Shown piece after piece: positions 1-11,065 of a stretch of DNA of 64,000 bases (positions within the stretch are counted from its first letter, which is position 1; each line of letters opens with the position of its first letter). This stretch comes from Octopus sinensis. Taxonomy: Eukaryota. The position numbers and the translations under genes were made by a program. The notes beneath the pieces were generated by a model, which did not search any database, was not told the DNA's origin, and saw only the letters and a program-made list of their open reading frames with translations. Location of the stretch: positions 59,842,464-59,906,463 of the forward strand of contig NC_043011.1 of the NCBI RefSeq assembly GCF_006345805.1. The letters are read 5' to 3'.

Positions 1-1462
1 TCACGCTTGTGTGTGCAATTCATACTTTTCACAGTTGCGTTTGGAATTTATGCACTTCTTTCGTTTCGCTCTTCTGTCATGAAATACATGCACGCCATAC
101 GTTTCACGCTTGTGTATAAAATTCATGCACTTCAAACGTTTAATCCTTGTGTATGAAATTCATGCACATCACATGTTTTACTCTGGTGGATAAAATTCAA
201 TCCCTTCATAAGTTTCATGCTTGTGCATGAAATTCATGCACTTCACATGTTTTACTCTTGTGCATGAAATTCAATCCCTTCATAAGTTTCACGCTTGTGC
301 ATGAAATTCATGCAATTCATGTTTTACTCTTGTGCATGAAATTCAATCCCTTCATAAGTTTCACGCTTGTGCATGAAATTCATGCACTTCACATGTTTTA
401 CTCTTGTGCATGAAATTCAATCACTTCATAAGTTTCACGCTTGTGCATGAAATTCATGCACTTCACATGTTTTACTCTTGTGCATGAAATTCAATCCCTT
501 CATAAGTTTCACGCTTGTGCATGAAATTCATGCACTTCACATGTTTTACTCTTGTGCATGAAATTCAATCCCTTCATAAGTTTCACGCTTGTGCATGAAA
601 TTCATGCACTTCACATGTTTTACTCTTGTGCATGAAATTCAATCACTTCATAAGTTTCACGCTTGTGCATGAAATTCATGCACTTCACATGTTTTACTCT
701 TGTGCATGAAATTCAATCCCTTCATAAGTTTCACGCCTGTGAATGAAATTCATGCACATCAAATGTTTTACTCTTGTGCATGAAATTCATGCACTTCACA
801 TGTTTTACTCTTGTGCATGAAATCAATCCCTTCATAAGTTTCACGCTTGTGCATGAAATTCATGCACTTCACATGTTTTACTCTTGTGCATGAAATTCAA
901 TCACTTCATAAGTTTCACGCTTGTGCATGAAATTCATGCACTTCACATGTTTTACTCTTGTGCATGAAATTCAATCCCTTCATAAGTTTCACGCCTGTGA
1001 ATGAAATTCATGCACATCAAATGTTTTACTCTTGTGCATGAAATTCATGCACTTCACATGTTTTACTCTTGTGCATGAAATTCAATCCCTTCATAAGTTT
1101 CACGCCTGTGAATGAAATTCATGCACATCAAATGTTTTACTCTTGTGCATGAAATTCATGCACTTCACGTTTTACTCTTGTGCATGAAATTCAATCCCTT
1201 CATAAGTTTCACGCTTGTGCATGAAATTCATGCACTTCATACCTTAAAGGCTTGTGTACGAAAATCGTGCACTTCATGTGTTTCACTTTTTTGTATGAAA
1301 TTCAGTAACTTCATACGTTTGACACTTGTGGATGAAATTAATGCACTTCATACCTTAAAGGCTTGTGTACAAAAATCGTGCACTTCATGTGTTTCACTTT
1401 TTTGTATGAAATTCAGTAACTTCATACGTTTGACACTTGTGGATGAAATTAATGCACTTCAT
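1..1462. repeat. Tandem satellite, 37-bp monomer arranged as 74-bp A/B dimers and terminal 111-bp trimers
   Basis: Alternating CTTGTGCATGAAATTCATGCACTTCACATGTTTTACT and CTTGTGCATGAAATTCAATCCCTTCATAAGTTTCACG (37 bp each). ACCTTAAAGG recurs at 1241 and 1352 (111-bp period). Units are more diverged at both edges. Confidence 0.95.
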
Positions 1463-1699
1463 ATATAACAAATAAACATTACTACATATGTTGAGTAACT
1501 TTTCCTTTGCTTGTGCATATATTTACGTCTTTATTATTTTGTATTTAAATAAATATTCTGGGAAATCTTAAATTCTTGAATTTGAAATTCAGTCCCGTTG
1601 AAGAATGGAAAAAAATTAGGAATCAAATTGGAACAGATTGAAATCGTCGACAAATAAAGAAATAAACTTTCCTGCATGTTTATAAAGCAATAAAGAAAC

Positions 1700-1793
1700 A
1701 TGTACACACACACACACACCTATACACATATGCATAAATATATGGGGGTGGGACGAGCGTGTATGTGTGCATATATTCATATGTATGTGTATG

Positions 1794-1845
<52 letters not shown>

Positions 1846-1986
1846 TACATACATATATTCATATATATATATAGATATACATATATACATGTATATAAAT
1901 GTGCATATGCATATATATGTACAGATATATTTATTTGCATATGTATGCGCATATGAATATATATAGAGATACACACACACACACAT

Positions 1987-2042
<56 letters not shown>

Positions 2043-2100
2043 TGACACACATGCGTATCCGAGTATATATGCATATGCGTGTGTGTATGCTACTTACATA
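1700..2100. repeat. (TA)n/(CA)n microsatellite block; similar blocks at about 16380-16770, 17990-18185, 37450-37770, 39360-39700, 42090-42470, 44900-45125, 45800-45975, 47040-47415, 62447-62760
   Basis: Directly visible dinucleotide runs. Confidence 0.95.
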
Positions 2101-3399
2101 CATTACACCCATTTACAACAAAACTCCAATTAGCGCAGCTAAATTCGTTTCCTGTGAAAACGTCCGTTGAATATATTAATGCATAAGAAATGCCATAATT
2201 GCTTCAAGAACGTCCTAAATTCTTGGCTGAAGTTTTTTCTTTTGCGTATTTTATTTTATTTTTTCATCATATTTCAAAATAAAACTAAAAAAATTAACGA
2301 GGATTCAACTGATCGATCCGCTGAATTACCTGCCCCAGAATTAACATCTGAGTGACTGAGTATTCCACAGACATCTTCAGACGGAATTCGCATACAACAG
2401 TATGTTACAAGACTGCACGCTTATAATTAATGGCAGAATCCATTTGATGACTTTCCACACAGTTTCCGTTGAGCTAAGGAACTTCTGTTTGTTCTCTGAC
2501 TGAGATAGATATTATCTATTTAAAATAATAATTAAACTCATTATCGACGACTTAATTGGGTCGTGTTTTCTGTCTTTGATTCTATCTTTTCTTCATGCTT
2601 TGAAATAAATTTTCTCAAAAGCGAATTTAAAAGTACAATGACACAGAGATAAATAAAGATTTGGTTTCGCAGACCATAAGAACCACCTCGAGGTGAGAAT
2701 TGGGTTTCGTATTTGAGAGAGAAGTATTGTCGACAATTCCATCTGTGCCGAGATGCTGCCTCCGTGAATAATATATAACGAATTAGATTTACCTTCACCA
2801 ATGTTCTTAACACAAGAACTGACTGAATGTCTCTGCTAGAGCTCAAAGACTTCCGACCAAAGTTGCTGTCACTACGAGGTCGATAATAGAAACTTATTTC
2901 ATTTATATAAAGCAGTGAACTGTCACAACCTTTAGAGCACTGTCAAGTGGTATTTCTTCTGAAATCATTATGTTCTGAGTTCAAATTCTGCCGAGGTCGA
3001 CTTCGTCTTTCGTCCATTCCGGATTGATAAAATCTTGTACCAAGATTTGAAACCATTATTTTCATTTGTATTCTTGTTTTATCATGTCTCAGTCCCAGCA
3101 GCCTGTAATATTTATACATTGAGATCCATTTCCCACGTTTCAAACGTAAAAGGCAAAGTCCGCGTTGATGACAGCATGTTTATTCCCTTTGTATATACAC
3201 GGGTGTGCGTGTATTAATATCTCTTGGTGTTTTACTGAGAAATCATGAATTACAGGACTCAATACGTAAATGTAGTGTACTCATTAATATGTAGCAATAT
3301 CGTCTCTCAGTGCTATCTTCACTGTTTGAGAAATGTATTAAGAATAACCTCGGTCGAGATTACAAACATCTTTGGCTAGTTCAACATTGTTGTAAACGC

Positions 3400-3560
3400 T
3401 AATTCGATTGGTTGACACGTTGGTCTCTACTACGCTCGCACCGCTGGTTATAACTTGGCGCGATTTGCCTCCGTATTTTCGCGCCATAGTGCCAAGCAGC
3501 CAATCACAGCTTTCCATTTCTGAAGTTCACTGGGAGCCTGGTGAACCTTATAAATAAGGT
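3400..3560 (+). promoter_or_regulatory. Pol II core-promoter-like block: CCAAT boxes, inverted E2F-like sites, TATA box
   Basis: GATTGG 3406-3411, TTGGCGCG 3455-3462, TTTTCGCGCC 3476-3485, CCAAT 3500-3504, TATAAATA 3549-3556; locally CpG-rich in an AT-rich background. Confidence 0.55.
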
Positions 3561-3594
3561 TTCTCAGAAGAATATTCGTTTTAGGTTTCCAGTC

Positions 3595-5325
3595 TTTGAG
3601 TAAGTTATTTGGAGTTATTCTGGTGTGTTTGTTTTGAGTGAAGAGGTTGTGAGTTCGAGTTCGTTGGAGGACGTGGAATGTTTTTTTCTTGAAAATGCAA
3701 GAGCAGACTTGCGCGCGAGCGGCGGGCGGAGGCCTGGTTGCCGGTGAGCTGGAGATGGAGGAGGTGGTGGTCGAACGGAGGACTTTACAGAAGTGTTTCG
3801 ACGGTTTGAAGAGGGAGGGTGGCTGCGTGAGAGTCGCACCGTCCGAGGAGGAGGAAGGCAGTGCGGAGAGGCGTACTATAGCGTGCAGGACGTGGTGTGT
3901 GGAGTCGAGGAGGGTTGAAGTAGCGGAGATGAAAGAGGTGGAGGAATGTCTGAAGGAAGTTGAGGGTGAACCCACATTTTTCAAAGGAGGAGGGAGGTAT
4001 GCCGCGGTGGTGGTATGTTTTGAAACGGAGAGTGAGGCAGGGAGGAGCGCAGCAGGACTTTTGAGGTCGGATGGGTGGACTTTGCTACCAGGTTGCTGCG
4101 GAGGGAGGGCAGTGAGGGTGAGAATCAGTGGAGTCTCGCCCGAATTTGATATGGAAGGGTTGCTGGCAGCAGTGCTGTTTAGCTGCAAGGATGATGTGGA
4201 AGTACTGAAGGTGGAGAAGTCAGCAGAGGTGAAGTGGTGGGGATATACGGTGCAGGTTCTGGCACACATTACCGTGCGAGACCTGTACAACATCCCGGAG
4301 GAGCTGGTCTACCCTGACGAGACACGGCTCCGAGTTGTGGTAGAGGGAAGACCCCCAATCTGCTACAATTGTAAATCGAGGGGCCACATGAAAGATGTGT
4401 GCCCGCGGGAAAAAACAAAAGCACCAGAGGTTGTGATAGAGGAATGTAAAGACGCGTGTGTGGAGGAAGCGAAAGCGGAGGAAATACGAATGGAGGAGCA
4501 GTTAAATGAGGAAGAACGAGCGAGTGCAGAAGAGGAAAAAACAGAAGACAGGAAGAGATCAAGGGTGGAATCACCACCGAAAGATCAGAGAAGGAAAGGA
4601 ATCAAAAGCAAGATAGCAGAAGAGAGAGAAGAGAAAACATACAAAGAACAGGAAGTGGAGGAGAAGGCGAGAGAGCGGCCAAGGACAGAGTTTGAACAAG
4701 AATGGGAGACAAGAGTGAACGAGCAATTGGAATCGTGTAAATATGGAAGAAGGCCTACAGGGAAAAACTTGAAGGCAGTTGTGATGTATATCAAGAATAC
4801 AGAAGTGGAGAAGAGACTTGTAGGTAAGAAAGGGTTGGTCAGGGTGAAGGTGAACCCAAAACTGTATGGTGACGACGTGAAAGGCGTCATTATAGACAGA
4901 GAGACATATATAAAACTAAAAAAGATGTTTAATGCTATGCATATAACGCATTATGTGCGGTATGATAAATTGCCAGATGTTATAGACCAAACGGACCTAT
5001 TGGATTATATGACGGACGAGCGTCTAATGTAGAATTGTTAATTGTAAAATGGTATTGTGAACGGGAATGTATGTAATGTTAACATGTAAAATTGTAAAGT
5101 TATTGTGCTTTGAACTGAAATATATGTAACTGTAAAATTGTATTGGAATATATGAAATGTAAAATTGTATTTTAAACGGAACTGCGAGTTGGGGGTTCGT
5201 AAGCCGTTCCATCTCATTACATATAATTCATTTTTTACTTCATATTTTATTTTTACTTTATGTACCCCATGTCCCGTCTTGTAATGTCCCCCTCTTCGTG
5301 GCCCCTTGTGGGTAATAAAGAAATG
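3595..5325 (+). mobile_element. ORF1-only (gag-like) non-autonomous non-LTR retroelement, L1/Tx1-like, with 15-bp TSD
   Basis: Direct repeat TTTAGGTTTCCAGTC at 3580-3594 and 5326-5340; one long ORF; about 290-bp 3' UTR ending in AATAAAGAAAT; no RT or endonuclease between the repeats. Confidence 0.8.
3689..5032 (+). CDS. ORF1p/gag-like nucleic-acid-binding protein with CCHC zinc knuckle (first ATG at 3695)
   Basis: 447-aa uninterrupted ORF; RVVVEGRPPICYNCKSRGHMKDVCP is a CX2CX4HX4C knuckle, preceded by an RRM-like region (VRVRISGVSPE) and followed by an E/K/R-rich region, as in L1/Tx1 ORF1. Confidence 0.85.
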   Translation: MKMQEQTCARAAGGGLVAGELEMEEVVVERRTLQKCFDGLKREGGCVRVAPSEEEEGSAERRTIACRTWCVESRRVEVAEMKEVEECLKEVEGEPTFFKGGGRYAAVVVCFETESEAGRSAAGLLRSDGWTLLPGCCGGRAVRVRISGVSPEFDMEGLLAAVLFSCKDDVEVLKVEKSAEVKWWGYTVQVLAHITVRDLYNIPEELVYPDETRLRVVVEGRPPICYNCKSRGHMKDVCPREKTKAPEVVIEECKDACVEEAKAEEIRMEEQLNEEERASAEEEKTEDRKRSRVESPPKDQRRKGIKSKIAEEREEKTYKEQEVEEKARERPRTEFEQEWETRVNEQLESCKYGRRPTGKNLKAVVMYIKNTEVEKRLVGKKGLVRVKVNPKLYGDDVKGVIIDRETYIKLKKMFNAMHITHYVRYDKLPDVIDQTDLLDYMTDERLM

Positions 5326-5480
5326 TTTAGGTTTCCAGTCCTTCTTAGGGCGAACCTCTGACCACACAGCTCGTCTTAGGTTTTTAGTTCTTCTCAGAGC
5401 TAAACCTCTGACCACACAGAGCTCGTCTTAGGCTTTTAGTTCTTTTAAGAGCTAAGTCTCTGACCACACAGAATACTCGA
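5326..5480 (+). repeat. About 51-bp minisatellite, 3 degenerate units, split by the ORF1-only insertion
   Basis: TTAGG...CTCTGACCACACAG...CTCG repeated three times; a unit-end-like AGAATATTCGT lies just left of the upstream TSD. Confidence 0.8.
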
Positions 5481-6699
5481 CCAAGTTCCAGTTTCGAGGC
5501 AGGCGACCACCATTAATACAAGATGTTACAGATACCTCTCATACTGTTAATGTGAAATATCACCATGAAGAAAACGGTTACAAGATATCTATAACTAGAG
5601 AAAAATAACCAAGCAGAAAATAATGAAGAAGCAGCAAGAACCAATCGACAAACATCGAAGATTTAAATTGTACACGAGACAACTACAGATTCAACTATAG
5701 CGGTTAGGTGAAATTCTCGCCACGAAGAAAACGGCTACAGAAACATGTCTGGAAGTATATTCATATCAAGAGAAAGATAAACACAACGAGTGATTCAATT
5801 AATCTCAACTGCGACACGCAATATCTTGATATGGAAGTCTGACGCTGTACCTCTTGAAACGGTAAATCAATTATCTGTTCTTGGGTTCTAGTTTCTTCTA
5901 AGAACTACCTTAAGCCATCTGTTATTACCTGTTGCCAAGCCGATACCAACAACATTAACTGTGAATCAAATCCCATCGACAATTCACTGGTCAGTACCTT
6001 TTTACGCCTAACGAACACACAGACACAAAAACATGCGAACACTTACAAACTTCCAACATCAAACATGATTGTAAAATATGTAAAATAAATAATGTATATA
6101 TCTTAAAAAGAAATCTTGTTGTCATTCCAAACTTATGTGTATTGCCGCTGCATGTAAAATATAGTCAGTAAAATATATTAATAAGAATAGGATCACGTTA
6201 CTATTTTTATAAATATATTATAACTGAAAGGTTCGCATTTTTAGTACTCTCATACGTTTAGATGTTAGACATGATTACTAATGACTAAAAAATTTAAGAA
6301 CTTTTTATGAAGTAAAGAAAAAATAATAAAATTGAATTCTGTGCTGTGTTTTCCTTATAATTCCTTGATTTTCAAATTTATAATCACGCTTCATTTTATG
6401 TAATAGTTGCAACCGTTGGAAAGTCCACGTGTGTTTTACGAATTACTAAAAAAAAAGATATGCTTTATCTTTGTTTTCTGTTTTTAAAATTATCGTGCAA
6501 GTAATACGTGCAAAAACCTGATGTTTCAAGTTCACCATTTTCCATTTAACTTCTGGCTTTTGTAAAACCGCATACAAAGGGGATCATTCTAACAACAATT
6601 ACCATGAAATTGCGTTAAATATAAAAAAAAAACACTTCGAAATAAACCAGGTTTGTACTCACACAAAAGATACTTAGCTCCGTGAATACAAGGCCCAAG

Positions 6700-6910
6700 C
6701 AGTTCTGTTCTTTTATTCAAACCATTACTGCTTCTAAATAAAATTCAAGTTATTTGCTCAAGCAAATGTCACAGCACATATTTTTTCTTTATTAGAAGCT
6801 ACCTTCCCTGTATGGTTGTACCTTATTTATAATTGGCCAGGTAATTTTGAATTCAAGAGGACTCGTCCAATAAATTTCAACGAAGTCATAGCGCATTTTA
6901 AAAATCAGAA
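6700..6910 (+). mobile_element. Possible highly decayed hAT transposase C-terminal (dimerisation domain) remnant
   Basis: Translated pieces TITAS, SYLLKQMSQ and RPINFNEVIAHF loosely resemble hAT TVAS..YLRSTMSQ..IDFDDVIDEF. Confidence 0.25.
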
Positions 6911-7439
6911 CTGGCTAATGAATAGCGGCAAAATACAATTACAAAATGTAATTTTTGTAAAATGGGCTGTACTCAGTTTTGGGTGTCCTTCGATAATGTA
7001 TAATGTAGCTGTAATGCCGCTTCCTTGTGGTGTTGTTTCATTGTCAAATTAAAAGTGTAAGAAAAGCAAACTCTAACAATTTTATTGAACGAGTTTTAGA
7101 TGGAAAACAAAGCAGTAGAAATTGCGCATATCAATCATTTGGCCAGGAGATTGTCAATGAAAATACGATAATCAGTTGGTTATGTTTCTGCTTTAATATA
7201 TTTGTATTTTTATTTATCTTTTATCTTCCTTCAAGATCCAGATTTGTGCAGATGTCATACCACGAACCGGTTCTGCCGTCTCTATGTGTATATCTTTGTC
7301 ATACAAAAACTGTCAGATTTGAAGTTTTAACTGGTTTTAGCAAACAATAATTGTCTTTTGTTTAGTGGAATGCTCAAAGCTACCTTCGTGTTGCAGCAGG
7401 CTTCACTAATGCAGTCATGGTTACATGTAGAGCGTCGTC

Positions 7440-8070
7440 AATGTGTGTTATAAAGTAATAACTGCCAATTCGGATACTGCTTAATTTCATTTCGGGATTC
7501 CTTTGGACGTATTCGAAGTTTTTAGCAGGTCAAATCCTGTGATGGTCTATTAATAACCATTACCACAATGGTCGCATATACTGCTCTGCTGGTTATACAA
7601 CTTTGCTTTTGTTACGTCATTCCATCAGATAGACACTCCTTCAAGCTCCAAACAAATTTTGAAAGCGAGGTAGAGTTACTCCTTTTCCCCTCTATCCTTG
7701 AATATGAAATGCATCGAGCTTTGAATGTATATTTGGTAAGGCTGTCCCATCATCAGCTCCTTCTCGAAGCACCTATTTCTTGTGGTGAAGTGTAGGTTAC
7801 TTTAGAATGGGGCATACGTAAGTAACAAATGGGTAGAGCTTACAATAATTAAAACACCCTTTAAATATATGCATGCGATATACTTTTTCCATTCAAGGTT
7901 GGTACAGGTTTTTTTGTCTTTTTGAAAGCCAAAGTGAAGCGTGGGACAAAAATAATTGAGAGACACTGCTCTGGAGAATAGCTGTCGACATATTTGGTTG
8001 CAAAGTCATTGAGGGTAGTCATTGGTTCTAACTTTCTTAATGTACTTAAAAATTTCATCAGAGATACTTG
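7440..8070 (-). mobile_element. Penelope-like element relic, GIY-YIG endonuclease region
   Basis: Minus-strand translation across stops and frameshifts gives KFLSTL, VDSYS, PTLNGK, SLTKYTFKAR, NSTSLSKFVWSLKE, W..VTKAKLYNQQSSICDHC, colinear with the PLE pattern KFL..VSYS..CPLNGKC..GLT..FK.R..NST.LSKYIW.LK..W....A..Y....C.LC. Confidence 0.7.
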
Positions 8071-8825
8071 AGAAATGCAAACACAATGAGAAGCATCTAT
8101 TTATGTAACTGGAAAACATCGCCTTTACCGGACTAAACCCACACAAATATAGACATCTGTAACTGATGCATTTTAGACTCTATTTTTTAGTCTATTTCCT
8201 TTTCCACCTTTCATCTCATTGGTTTATTTTTTCTTCTAATACTCACCTTCTTCATTTTTCACTTTTATCATATACTTGCTTTATTTCTTCTCACATTTTT
8301 CTTGTTGATTACATTTTCTTTGAGTACCGACGCCTATTTCCAACATCACTCAAACCCACGTGGTCTTCTTCTCTCCCGACTCACACATATCAACCTCTCT
8401 GAATCCCGCTTTACGCAATTTCTTTCTCAGGCTTTCTCTTGACTAAATTTTTTCCGACACTAAAAAAATAAACAGACAGTTAAACTGGTTTACTTCTATA
8501 ACAGAAGACTTATCTACTTTGACGGAAGCGGAAGTTTGAAAGAAAAATATAAGCATTATTTCAATATTTGAAAAACAAATAGACATTAGGTAAGCATCCT
8601 TGGGTGGCCACCGCGGGTTTCGCTGCGTCTGTTTTATTTCCTCTCGTTATCAGGTGTTTTCTTCCTGGATGTACACATACTATCAAACAAGATCTGGACA
8701 AGGCACCTTAATTTCTAAACGTAGTGTAATAACATTCTCATCTTATAAATGCGTATCCTATAACCAGGAATCCGATATCTGATGTCCAGGGATGAAAACA
8801 ACTGGAAAACTCGTGAATACAAAAA

Positions 8826-9380
8826 AGGGTTGATGCAAAAATGATTACAGCTTTTGTAATTTGAAACTTTAATGCTTAATTTAAGATAAATTTTAATTAA
8901 ACTATATTAATACCGTTGTGAAGTGCAGGTTTCTTATTGTTGATTTATGCTGAAGATGTTGTTCCTCTCTTTATTCTTGTCAAATTAAAAATGGAACATA
9001 AGCTTATTCAAACAATTTTATCGCACGAGTTCCGAATAGAAAGTAAAACTGCAGAAAGTGCTCGTAATATCAACCAAGCACATGGCGGCGATCTGGCAGG
9101 ATCTGGCAGAAGCGTTAGCACGCCGGGCGAAATGCGTAGCCGTATTTCGTCTACCGCTACGTTCTGAGTTCAAATTCCGCCGAGGTCGACTTTGCCTTTC
9201 ATCCTTTCAGGGTCGATAAACTAAGTACCAGTTACGCACTGGGGTCGATATAATCGACGTGATCCGTTTGTCTGTTCTTGTTTGTCCTCTCTGTGTTTAG
9301 ACCCTTGTGGGTAGTAAAGAAATAGGTATTTCTAGAGTAGAAAAGAATATCAACCAAGCATTCAATTTGAAGATCAATGA
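8826..9380 (+). mobile_element. Mariner (Hsmar1-like) 5' end: TIR plus transposase N-terminus, interrupted by a SINE
   Basis: GGTTGATGCAAAAATGATTACAGCTTTTG resembles a mariner TIR; ATG at 8991 gives MEHKLIQTILSHEFRIESKTAESARNINQA, continuing with F after the insertion. Confidence 0.7.
9081..9345 (+). mobile_element. tRNA-derived SINE family B, young-looking copy with 15-bp TSD
   Basis: TSD AATATCAACCAAGCA at 9066-9080 and 9346-9360; B box GAGTTCAAATTCC; central CCTTTCATCCTTTCAGGGTCGATAAA..AGTACCAG (Deu/Nin-like domain, from recall); CpGs retained. Confidence 0.85.
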
Positions 9381-11065
9381 AATAATAATAATAATAAACG
9401 TGCAGTTCAAGTGAGTCCGCACGCACACACAAACACACACACACACACGAGGGGCTGGATTTGTTTTGGCTTTGAAGAATATAACATTTCAGGAGTTTTT
9501 TTTCCATATATTTTCAGTCGTTTGATAAAACTGAACCATGATGCACCCAAATGCATATCTGAAACAGCTGTAAGCCTATGTTAAATAAATAAATGTATAT
9601 AACCCATTACTTCTGTCTATTATGTGTGTGTGTGTACGTGCGTGCTTGCATGTGTATGCATGTATGTATATTGTATGTATATGTGCGTGTGTGTGCATGT
9701 ATGTGTATTGTGTGTAACAACAACTGAAGACAAAGTGCTTCCATTATACAAGTAATGTTCTTCATATCTACTCATCCGTGAAAACATGTCCAGCCAGGTA
9801 GAAATATTACCTTGCTTGGAAACAGGTAAAGGTCGGTGACAGGAAGAGCACCTGACCACAAAAAAATGCTGCGTCAATTAACTTCGTTTGAACTATGCAC
9901 GAAAACGTGAACAATAAAAAGATGACGATAATGACGACGGTGTTATTGATTATAATGATGATGATGACGCGCGCGCGTGTGTATGTGTTTGTGTGTGTGT
10001 TTGTGTGTGTCCTTTACTGGTGTATATTTATGAGAAAATAACCAATAAACTGGAGCATTCAAAGAAAAATACCTTTTGATTTTTATTCCAACTAAGCAAC
10101 ACAAACGTTCTATTATCACTTTCACCTTTAGATAAAACAGTAAAACCAGTGATTGGTTTGTTGTAGCTCGACAGCAAACCAATGGAAAGATGCCATTATT
10201 GTTCATAAATTCTAACTTTCAGAATTCCAGAATACGTAATTCAGTCAACCGTATTGGTTATGAACAAACTAATATATGTTCTTTTAACCAAAAAATCTTT
10301 TCACAGAGGAATAAATCAGTTTTCTGCAAGGAAGAAGTGGAATCTAACAGTCATTGATGCTACTTCCATCAGATTCTGCAGTTTTCTGTTTAATTTTAGC
10401 ATTTTTGTATCAAAGAGTCAAGTTAATGTCACCAAGCCCATTGTAGTAAAGGGGCAAGTAGCTAATTAATTAATAATAATTAGGCAGGGAGAACTGGAAA
10501 TAAAGCATTAGCTTAAAAACTAATATAAATCAAATTTGATTTGGGCAAGTATGGGAGACAACTCTGAATGTGTTTCAGTTTTATTAAACCTCTTTTGCTA
10601 AGCATAGTCTTTTCTCTGCCCCTGTCAGGTTAGTGGTCAGGGAATCACTGTTTCGATGTACAATAATGTTTACACGTAGTTGTTAAATTATCATAATGTC
10701 TCTACATGTGGGTGCTCTCTGTATGAAGAATAACAGTCAAGTAAGGGCCATTCTCCCTACATTTATGCAGATGGTCTCCTTGAATAATTTTTAAACAGTC
10801 TTTTTTTATAAATTGCAGTGAACTGCGTTTCTCTACCTTAATTGGAGATATTCATGGCTGTCGTTGTCATTTAGTTTCACTAACCAAAACACCACCACCA
10901 CCACCATCACCAATGCTGCTTCCACTTCTACTTCCACCACCACCACCATCATCAACATCGTTTTAGCATCCACTTTTTCATGTGTCCATGGGACGGATGG
11001 GTGCTTTTCCAGTCACCAACCCGCACCTATTTCTAAGCAAGGTAATATATTCCCATGGCAGGGAA

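Noticed and set aside
1-1462. CRISPR array (37-bp palindromic repeats with 37-bp intervals)
   Set aside because: The intervals are near-identical homologues of the repeat rather than unique spacers; no cas genes; eukaryotic context
1112-1468. 118-aa ORF
   Set aside because: Translation of the satellite
1534-2112. YI/CV/HT-rich ORFs here and throughout the window
   Set aside because: Stop-free translations of (TA)n, (CA)n and (TAA)n microsatellites
3448-4890. Antisense ORFs of 281, 102 and 101 aa
   Set aside because: Shadows of the purine-rich ORF1; S/T/P/L-rich with no recognisable domain
3595-5325. LTR retrotransposon or HeT-A-like telomeric element
   Set aside because: No LTRs, PBS or 4-6-bp TSD; only isolated TTAGG(G) words nearby and no telomeric array
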